Assembly: GCA_950097015.1 (NCBI GenBank)
Contig: CATNEN010000033.1
Coordinates: forward strand, 1,240,001 to 1,304,000
Reading direction: 5' to 3'
DNA: 64,000 bases
Source of the DNA: Macrostomum hystrix
Lineage: Eukaryota; Animalia; Platyhelminthes
The translations under genes were made by a program, and so were the position numbers. The notes beneath the pieces were generated by a model. It ran no database searches. It was given only the letters and a program-made list of their open reading frames with translations, and was not told where the DNA came from. Positions 54,501 through 64,000 of this stretch are shown piece after piece. How positions within the stretch are numbered: position 1 is the stretch's first letter; every line of letters starts with the position of its first letter.

Positions 54501-57500
54501 AGGCTATAAGAAAGTTAACTAGAAATAGTAAAATAGGCGTTTGTCTGTAAAATTATAGCACACATCATCTGGGACGAGCGTTGGCAGAGTGCGACAATTT
54601 CCTGACTGCGGTACCTGGAAGCAGCAAATGAGCTGCTCCAGTTTCAGTGCGAGCGACCTGCAAGCTTGTTAGAGATGGGGAAGAGAGGCCGGAGCAAAAT
54701 TCTAGAACGATTCTTGGGAGAATTGGCCTCGCTCGCAAAGTGCAGCTTTAGGCTGGGCTAAGCGATTCTGTCACGCCAGAAATTGGCATCTTAAGCGACC
54801 TCTGCAGGCGTGCATTGTTTTCCAACAGGCCGCAGAGCCCTGCTTCGCATGGCAACCAGTGTGAGATGAGGAGAGGAACAAGGCTAGAGCGAGGGAGGTC
54901 GCTTTCTTTCTGGGCTGTCGGAGCATAGAATGGCCCTGGAAAAAGAGGCTGTTGTGGATGTTGATAGAGCAGAAAATGGGAATGCAAACAGAAGCGGGGA
55001 TGGAAAGCATGCAGAATTAGTGAGGAGGGCGGGCTGCCGCGGATAAACACCAAGAGGAGTTGCAAAATCCTGCAGCGATAGTGATGGGAAATGTGGAAAT
55101 TTAGACAGATGCACTCAGCTAGCATTACAATTTAACGTATATTCGGGTATCTAAGTGAATCTGTTTGCTTTGAAGTTAGTTATCACTTTCATCGCATGCA
55201 GGACTGATTGCGGTAGATTGACATCGGTTTTTCCCACAGCCCTGCTGCGCACCACAGTGTCATTTGTCGGCATCAGCCTGCTGATGATGGTCCTGTCGAA
55301 TGTCTTCGCCGTCTACTCGCTAAAGCATCCGCGCTACACTTTCAAGCGGGCTGCGGCTGCTCTGTACGGAATGACCAGTAAGCCTGGCAAAAACTGACAA
55401 GGTTGAGATTTGGGTCTTATGACAATGAATTAGGGTCCATCGGCAGTTTATCAAGGCCCTACGGTAAAGGATCAAGGTCCTGCACGACATAAGGATGAAG
55501 GTCCTACAATAATAATTATTTTTGTAGGTAACCTACAATAGTAGTACATTAAGATCCTACTTAATGGATCGAGGTCCTACGGTAATGAAACGAGGTCCTA
55601 AGGTAATGGATCGAGGTTTTACGGTAATGGATCGAGATCCTACAGTAATGGATCGAGATCCTACAGTAATGGATCGAGATCCTACAGTAATGGATCGAGG
55701 TCCTACGGTAATGAAACAGGTCCTACGGTAATGAAACGAGGTCCTACGGTAATGATCGAGGTCCTACGGTAATGAAACGAGGTCCTACGGTAATGATCGA
55801 GGTCCTACGGTAATTGATCGAGGTCCTACGAGCAGTGTATCAATGTCCTACGAGCAGTGTATCATTGTCCTACGAGCAGTGTATCATTGTCCTACGAGCA
55901 GTGTATCAATGTCCTACGAGCAGTGTATCATTGTCCTAAGTCAGTAGATTAGGATCAGATGTTAGGAAAAGGGTCCTCTCCGATACTATCGTTGGTGGTC
56001 TGCCAAGAGAGTGGACAGTTTCTAGTTTTCGATCGATTTTTCTTAATAACAAGTCTTCCTAAACGCAAAAATACCCAGCCCTTAACAAAACATTGTCTTG
56101 ACACAGTTAACCCAACTGAAAACTTTGCGTGCAACAGCGTACTGCATTTTTCAATAGCCGAGCGCTAAGGCACAAGACAGTGTTTTCTAGCTGCCTTTAA
56201 GGCCATTCATTCATCGACACGCCAGGCTCGCCATCCAGGGATCTGGGATCTGGAGAGGGATAGGAATCCCACAGCGTCACTCGGGAAACCCGCAGTGGAA
56301 TAGGGGAACGACAGGGGAAGAGGGCGACACGGAGGGGAGGGCACGGGGACTGCCAGAAGGAGATGAGCGGCTTTGCAGCAGCTGCTGCCGCGGCGGTGCC
56401 GTCAGTTGTCCGACCGATGGCCAGTTGGACGACGGTATCCAATTCCGGGTCGCAGATTCAGCTAAGCTGCGGGGCGTCAGTATACAGGATATAGCTGGAC
56501 TGTATCCGGATAGCATTGTTTACAAAAGCAATACACAGCCTGGCCTGGTAGCAGCAGGTCATTCTGATGCCCTTGCAATCCATGCATAGACAGTGTCTGA
56601 CCCCGATTTTAAACCAAGTCTGAACAAGTAGTCTAGACTGCTAGTTCTCCAGCCTTTGTGTTTAAATGCGACGGCTTAAAACGCCCCAATTTCACATCAG
56701 AAAACCAGGCACAGAAAATTTACAGGTTAACAAGTTAAAAAATAGTATTTTTACAAGCCCCGCATGCTGTGTGGCACCACCCGGAGAGTGTTTTAGGAGC
56801 CAATGTGAGATTTAGTTGTGAAATATGCTGCATTTCCGCATTTTGCAGCGCCGTGAAAACTATAGTTTGTGATTTATTGTATAAACAATGTCAATCTAAA
56901 CAGAACAGCCTAATCGTCGATTTTACTCGTAGCCCAGCAAAAGTTCATTTTGCGCCTCACTAGATAGAACCTCGCCTGAATTATCACGAGGAGCAAATTG
57001 CTTACTTGCACTTAGTCCATATCGTTTCAGCTCATTCTGTTCTATGATTAGAAAATTTATTGGATTTCATAGCAACATCGGTGTTTTCTATAGAATTCTT
57101 GTATTTACATCATATATCGACTTAGGGAAAATTCTGGCACTCGCGTTGAAAATCAGGGAAGAATTTTTACGATCGTGTAGCCCTTGTAATTGCACCTGTC
57201 CGTCTTGCAACACGTGTTTCCAGCTGGAAAAAGACCGTCTAATCAACACATTGTCCTTCATCTAAAATTTTACTAGCAGAAGCTTGCCGAAGCCACCCAT
57301 GACCTTCATTTAGCACTATTCTAACACATGCCCGTCTAATCAACCTTCAGCGTACGTCAATACCTGAGTTTTAGCGATCTGTCCAATCGACCCTTTACCC
57401 TCATTTAACACGCCATTAAGGGGTTATTCTAATCGATCTTAAACCTCCTTTAACATCCTATTCTCAGTGGCCTGCCTAATCGTCTGCGTAGACGTGTACA

Positions 57501-57805
57501 CCCGGATGCTCCGGATGGAGAAATCCGAACAGAAGCTGATTCGCTTCCCACGCCAAGGCGCATTTTCCAGTGGACTGGACGACAAAACAGTCGGCGGTAC
57601 GGAAGACCCGCAACGGATGAGCGTACTCGTGGAAGTGAAGTCGTGGTCCTACAACTACAGCCTGGTTGTTGTGGTCCTATCTGCGGTGGCCAATGGTTTG
57701 GCCGGCTTGCTGTTCTTTATATACAGCAAGAAACTCAAGGGAGCCAGGGCGCCCAATCAGAAAGTGGCTGAGGCCAACGAGGAGCTTCTGATTGGTCGGG
57801 TGTAA
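51311..57805 (+). CDS. Claudin/PMP22/TMEM178-like tetraspan membrane protein, with a putative acidic polyQ N-terminal exon
   Basis: Phase-1 exon chain ..51958, 54070-54150, 55240-55377, 57468-57805. TM1 VLVVSCAAAAVSGLLVVVGAF, then TNTW..GLWK (W-GLW motif); TM2/TM3 joined by HPRYTFKR; TM4 after SWSYNYS; tail ends ELLIGRV*. The 5' exon 51311-51541 (MDCASDE..polyQ..AK, donor GTAGGT) has no clear acceptor linking it to the TM1 exon. Confidence 0.75.
51447..51505 (+). repeat. (CAG)n(CAA)n triplet repeat encoding polyQ
   Basis: About 19 Gln codons within the 51311-51541 frame. Confidence 0.9.
51993..52697. repeat. 27-bp minisatellite GTGTGATGCGATGGTGTGGCTGGAGAG
   Basis: Period 27; starts about 35 bp after the donor at 51959. 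Confidence 0.95.
55560..55940. repeat. Compound minisatellite: about 21-bp CCTACGGTAATGGATCGAGGT followed by 22-bp CCTACGAGCAGTGTATCATTGT
   Basis: Two adjacent unit types sharing a CCTACG core. Confidence 0.9.
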
Positions 57806-60734
57806 CCCTCCAGGCATCTACACAAATCCCAAGCGTGCCTGACCCTATTATTTTAATGCAACAAGCTAGCTGCTTGAGACTGCAAGGAAGAAAACGAAAA
57901 AACAACTCAAGCAGCATGCCAAAACCTTGTGGAACGTGGAATGCACTCGCAATGAATGGCTCCGGTTTTTTACCAAAAAGGTACATCGAGGAGATAGCAA
58001 ACGTCTATACTTTCAGCAAAAATTTCATTCAAGTTGATATGAGAAATCTATGAAATCCCACTAGAATTTTTCTATATTTTTAAAAGGTCTTAAAAATATA
58101 AACAAACATGCATCTCCTGTACCGCACGGCACAATAATTGATGAACTATTGTACAGACTGAACCATTTGCGATCTCCCGAATGTTGGCTCGTATTTTGGG
58201 TCAAAGATAGCCATCAACTTATGCATAGTAAAGTATGATCATGTTGTCTTCAGTGCCAGCCCCAGACACTAACTGAATGAAATGATGATAGAGTCACGTC
58301 TTTGTGGAATGTATTCAGGATGCCTCGTACCATTGTGATTTTGTCCATCACCACTTTATTTCAATTTATAGATGTTGAGAAAATGCCAATTTATTCACCA
58401 ACCGGTCCAACAATAACCACTCGTGCCCTCGCTGAACCCTTAGGCGATCGTCAAGTTGTACTTTACTCCACCACGCATCAACGTGTCTCATTTGAATTTG
58501 TTGTATTTGTACATAGAGAATGAATTCGATTATCTAAACATTTACACTCCAGACCTGTCAATGGCCCTATAATCTGAGGCTCAAGCAATTTAGCTAAATT
58601 TGACGCAACTATTAAAATTAATAATTTTTATTAATCTTTATTGTTTAAACGGATGCTAATATATTTATTCTTTTTAATATCCTACCACTTACCCTATCCA
58701 CAATTAAAAATGCGTTACTTCATCCGCTAAACAAGTTAATATGCGCAGCCATTGCCGAATTCGAAGTCGCACAGTTGTAACAAAAATCATGTGCAACAAG
58801 GCATCACTTGAGGTTCTGTGAAATTTAACCGAGCCAACCCTTTGGCCGATGTTTTTTGCATCGAAAATATAAATGCCCCACGACTTGATTTTTTCTAGCT
58901 ATTACGGCTTGAAACCCAGAGGCTAAGCTTAACGTATACAAGTACGAGCTATAAAAGGATAATCTATTACGAGTTACTATAGATAGAATATAGCCAGAGG
59001 GCTGGCTACGTGCAATATGAGGGTTTGTTGAATGGCTTTGTAGACACAAATGCCTCAACTTCAAGACCAGTCTTGGCGTACACAATTAACACAAGTAGCA
59101 CATAATCCAACGTCTTAGCAGACAAGAACATCAAATTGGCAAATTGGCGATCTCATCTACAATGCTCTTTCACTCACAATTCAAGTAGCCCAATTAAGCA
59201 GAGGAGCAAATGGTGCTGTTAGACTTGTAAGGTGGGATCGTGACGACCGAACAGTAAAGTTGCCCAGTGACCTATGAGTATGTTTAGTGTTTTGAGTCTT
59301 AAAACATTCATTAAAGGTCGTTAAAGTGCATCAGATCGATGGCGTACATTTGCGATGCTTTCAAGCTCAAAGGTAACGAGAAAAGTAAACTTATGATTGG
59401 ATATTGCTGCTTGAAGCAGATTCAATATTTATCCCACGGCGATCATGCAGACCGATAACAGAATTAGCCGAGTTTGTTCGGTGCACATGATTTGGCCTCA
59501 AACAGATAGAATTATCCCCACCAGAGTCAACCCGGAACTATAGCCGGTTGGAACTAATTGGAAGCCCACCCGCTGGTCGGGAGAGTGAGTGCGCTCCGAT
59601 CGAGAGTCCACGCAATGCAGGATTGGCCTGCCACGGGCCCGTGTGAGTTTTCTGGGCGTGGCGAACGCATAGCCAGAGGATAAATATGGCAGCTAGGGAT
59701 ACAGCAAAGCGCTGAAATCGCATGCGAAATCTGAGAAGCCAAATTTAAAGAGGCCGAAGAGGACCGACAGAAGTGTGTGTACTAGTCAGGGCTGCGACAG
59801 CCGGATGTCAGACGGGGAAAAGTTTTGCAACTTGAATGTTTTTAGCAACGTCTGCATGGGATGTGAGCCAGGAAGAAAAAATGGATTGGACGTGAGGAAA
59901 TCGCATTCGTGACGACAAGAAATTTTAGCTTGAACATTGCTTCCCCGGGGTAGGCGGGCACAATTACAAGTATATAGCAATCAGTGTTGGACTTATTTCC
60001 AAAACAGTTTCGAGGGACAGGACTGAGCTTCTTGGTGGCCGACCTGCGCATTTGAGCTCTATTTTCTCACAGGTTCTCCGGTGCACAGGGATAGACTCCA
60101 ATAGTGAAAGTTAAACGACTAGAAAATTGTTCATCTGTACAGTCGTCAGTTGCTGTTGTGAAGTCTTGATTCTATAAACAAATACTTCAGTTTTTCTATT
60201 CCAACTACTCACAGTAACCACCGAAAGCTAGAAAAAAACTTATAGAAACTTTTACAAAGTGGAAGAAACAAAAATGCAAGTGAATGTGGACAAAGGCAAA
60301 TTATTGCGAGCTGAAATATTAGGCAAACCATACCGGAGGCATGACAAGCCAGTTCGCGCATGCAATTTATTTTGGACTGTTAATGCAAGTCTGCATACGT
60401 TAATAAAGACTGCAATTAGTATGAGCGTAAAACTATGTAATGAATGTCACGAAAATCTAGAAACGTGGTATCCGGAATTGGGTTTAGCGGGGTCCACATG
60501 ACACACAAACACCGTTTAATGCGCATTAAAGCTAAAAGAAGAGGGCAAAACAGAAAGGTAAGTAGAATGCGAGCCCAGAAATGGGTTACAGCTTTGCGCC
60601 CTGATTGCTTAATTGCTGTCTAAATGTATAGGGCAAATCGATTAACTGGAAATAAAATAGCACTAACAAAATTTTGGGTTTGTTACATACGGCAACCTAG
60701 TAAACGGGTTAGCTCACAATTCAGGCGACTTTGA

Positions 60735-62600
60735 GCACGGATCATGCTCGATGTGGAACTCAAGGGATTGGATCATGCTCGATGTGGAACTCAAGGGATT
60801 GGATCATGCTCGATGTGGAACTCAAGGGATTGGATCTTGCTCGATGTGGAACTCAAGGGATTGGATCATGCTCGATGTGGAACTCAAGGGATTGGATCAT
60901 GCTCGATGTGGAACTCAAGGGATTGGATCATGCTCGATGTGGAACTCAAGTGATTGGATCATGCTCGATGTGGAACTCAAGGGATTGGATCATGCTCGAT
61001 GTGGAACTCAAGGGATTGGATCATGCTCGATGTGGAACTCAAGTGATTGGATCATGCTCGATGTGGAACTCAAGGGATTGGATCTTGCTCGATGTGGAAC
61101 TCAAGGGATTGGATCATGCTCGATGTGGAACTCAAGGGATTGGATCATGCTCGATGTGGAACTCAAGGGATTGGATCATGCTCGATGTGGAACTCAAGGG
61201 ATTGGATCATGCTCGATGTGGAACTCAAGGGATTGGATCATGCTCGATGTGGAACTCAAGGGATTGGATCATGCTCGATGTGGAACTCAAGGGATTGGAT
61301 CATGCTCGATGTGGAACTCAAGGGATTGGATCATGCTCGATGTGGAACTCAAGGGATTGGATCATGCTCGATGTGGAACTCAAGGGATTGGATCATGCTC
61401 GATGTGGAACTCAAGGGATTGGATCATGCTCGATGTGGAACTCAAGGGATTGGATCATGCTCGATGTGAAACTCAAGGGATTGGATCATGCTCGATATGG
61501 AACTCAAGTGATTGGATCATGCTCGATGTGGAACTCAAGGGATTGGATCATGCTCGATGTGGAACTCAAGGGATTGGATCATTGCTCGATGTGGAACTCA
61601 AGGGATTGGATCATGCTCGATGTGGAACTCAAGGGATTGGATCTTGCTCGATGTGGAACTCAAGGGATTGGATCTTGCTCGATGTGGAACTCAAGGGATT
61701 GGATCATGCTCGATGTGGAACTCAAGGGAATTGGATCTTGCTCGATGTGGAACTCAAGGGATTGGATCATGCTCGATGTGGAACTCAAGTGATTGGATCA
61801 TGCTCGATGTGGAACTCAAGGGATTGGATCATGCTCGATGTGGAACTCAAGGGATTGGATCATGCTCGATGTGGAACTCAAGTGATTGGATCTTGCTCGA
61901 TGTGGAACTCAAGGGATTGGATCATGCTCGATGTGGAACTCAAGTGATTGGATCATGCTCGATGTGGAACTCAAGGGATTGGATCATGCTCAATGTGGAA
62001 CTCAAGTGATTGGATCATGCTCGATGTGGAACTCAAGGGATTGGATCATGCTCAATGTGGAACTCAAGGGATTGGATCATGCTCGATGTGGAACTCAAGG
62101 GATTGGATCATGCTCAATGTGGAACTCAAGGGATTGGATCATGCTCGATGTGGAACTCAAGGGATTGGATCATGCTCGATGTGAAACTCAAGGGATTGGA
62201 TCATGCTCGATATGGAACTCAAGTGATTGGATCATGCTCGATGTGGAACTCAAGTGATTGGATCATGCTCGATGTGGAACTCAAGGGATTGGATCTTGCT
62301 CGATGTGGAACTCAAGGGATTGGATCATGCTCGATGTGGAACTCAAGAGATTGGATCATGCTCGATGTGGAACTCAAGGGATTGGATCATGCTCGATGTG
62401 GAACTCAAGGGAATGGATCTTGCTCGATGTGGAACTCAAGGGATTGGATCATGCTCGATGTGGAACTCAAGGGATTGGATCATGCTCGATGTGGAACTCA
62501 AGGGATTGGATCATGCTCGATGTGGAACTCAAGGGATTGGATCATGCTCGATGTGGAACTCAAGTGATTGGATCATGCTCGATGTGGAACTCAAGGGAAT
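60735..62600. repeat. 31-bp satellite GGATTGGATCATGCTCGATGTGGAACTCAAG (about 1.9 kb)
   Basis: Period 31, about 60 copies; accounts for the long pseudo-ORFs in the track. Confidence 0.97.
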
Positions 62601-63412
62601 GGAATGAAGTTGAGCCAATACCTTTCACCAATTCTCACGAAGTCGCGTGAATCAGGCATTATACGACCAGACTGAAATCTGACACCAAATTTAAACAAAA
62701 ATGAATAAATAAATGGAATTAACAAGTAGGATAAATTCGGACACAAAAACACAATAAGCGGGCTCGGGCAGAATGTGCGTGGACAAGTCGGATAGCGATG
62801 CAGCTTTTGGGACCTCGGGTCGGCGGGAATGTCATTGCTAATCAATTAAGAGCGCAACAGAAGTGAATATTTTTTGCCCGGACTAGTTAGCAAGCAAGTG
62901 ATTTGGAATAGAACTCTGCTAAGCAACAATGGCAAACTAAAAATGTAAAAAGCACCCACCCAATATTCGGTTGAATCAAGCCTGGAAACAAAAAGTTACT
63001 GAGCCTAATTGGCAGAAATAGTTTAGTTCGGTAAGTCAATATTACAGACTGATTCTGCAACCAGACCAGCTTGTTTTCTTGTTAAAGACATTAAAGTAAA
63101 TTCAATGTGGCTATCCTGGCATTCTATTTAAATAAATTGGAATATATATAGAGAACGGTCAAGGAGCATTAAAAAGTCCACAATCTAAAAATGTAAAGCC
63201 AAGTGTTTAAAGCTAACAGAGAGACGTCAATAGATAAATAAATAACTTTGCAATAAAAACACTGCTGTCAAAACGAGCTAAAGAACTGTGTTTACTCTAA
63301 AAGTCTCAGGATAACTATGAGAATTTGATTTCTGCTGCTTTGAGAAAGAGTCCTAATTTTATTATATATATATATTGTTTTAAGTAAAGGACAGCTTGCC
63401 AGACCCGGAAAT

Positions 63413-63655
63413 TCACCGCGCCTTCTTAGCCTGGACTGGCGGCTGCAGCTGCACTTTCTTTGCCATCTCCTTCTCTCGGCGCTGCTGCTTCAGCTTGCGC
63501 TTGTTCTCGGCAGCCTCGCGCTTGTCCTTGTGGTGCTTGTAGAAGCGATAGGCAAAGAAAAGCATCAGGGCGATGACAATGACAGCTGGCAGGATAAAAA
63601 TGCTGTTGTCAATGCCCTCCTTGATTGGACTCTTGGGATTGTTCAGATCGACCAT
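63413..63655 (-). CDS. Small single-pass membrane protein (80 aa) with a Lys/Arg/Glu-rich tail
   Basis: GC-rich coding-like island preceded by an acceptor-like tttgcAG; TM SIFILPAVIVIALMLFFAY followed by RFYKHHKDKREAAENKRKLKQQRREKE; ATG to TGA uninterrupted. Confidence 0.7.
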   Translation of the reverse strand: MVDLNNPKSPIKEGIDNSIFILPAVIVIALMLFFAYRFYKHHKDKREAAENKRKLKQQRREKEMAKKVQLQPPVQAKKAR

Positions 63656-63734
63656 TGAGGTGCAGTTGAGGCCTAGCTAGTTGCACTGCAAACACGTAAG
63701 AGTCAAAACTATATTTGACAAAAAAATAATACTA

Positions 63735-64000
63735 TTTTGCAGGAGGGCTGCGGGCAATGGCACATCATTTGGTGACACTAGACCCTCAGCCAGCGAGGAG
63801 GCAATTCGGCCCATTTCGCTGACTCCTGAGCACTCAGGCACACATATACTTAATACAGGCAAACCCTCACACAGATGTGTACATCTGCCCTGACTTTCTC
63901 ATCGTCAGGCAGTGTATACTTCACTGTGCGTTGGAGGTTGGCCCTCAAGGGCATAAATTGCACGACAAGCTCCCAAGCCTTCTCTCCGCAGCTGCGCCCC
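63735..64000 (-). mobile_element. SINE-like family A body and 3' end (continues past the window edge)
   Basis: Shares blocks with 972-1020, 14130-14178, 17620-17765 and 28677-28770; ends in an AT-rich tail. Confidence 0.7.

Noticed and set aside
53430-56520. Short GC-rich ORFs inside the claudin-like introns
   Set aside because: Overlapping short ORFs in several frames with no motifs or consistent splice signals; probably decayed repeats.
60731-62650. ORFs of up to 398 aa with repeated CGTQGIGSC
   Set aside because: Translations of the 31-bp satellite in all three frames; no coding evidence and no spacers.

Overview
Eukaryotic (metazoan) genomic DNA with spliceosomal GT-AG introns. The gene set, style and very high minisatellite load suggest a flatworm of the Macrostomum type (inference only). 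Nine protein-coding genes are supported: a ten-exon 5xCUB-LDLa-TM receptor (+, 3.8-23.5 kb, 5' end not located), tektin-4 (-), riboflavin kinase (+), Sm-E (-), a head-to-head inverted pair of ependymin-related (EPDR) genes, a YdjC-family deacetylase (-), a claudin/PMP22-superfamily 4-TM gene (+) and a small single-pass membrane protein (-). About 25 distinct mini/microsatellite arrays and fragments of two tRNA-headed SINE-like families fill the introns and spacers. Highlights: (1) the EPDR paralogues are nearly identical from the ATG to the third splice donor, introns included, but have diverged last exons, suggesting a gene-conversion tract; (2) YdjC, and possibly RFK, begin in frame directly after a splice acceptor, fitting initiation from the flatworm spliced-leader AUG; (3) a 41-bp minisatellite is built from the head of a SINE; (4) five single-base +1 frameshifts occur in four genes and are probably assembly errors. 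There is no CRISPR array and no prokaryotic system.
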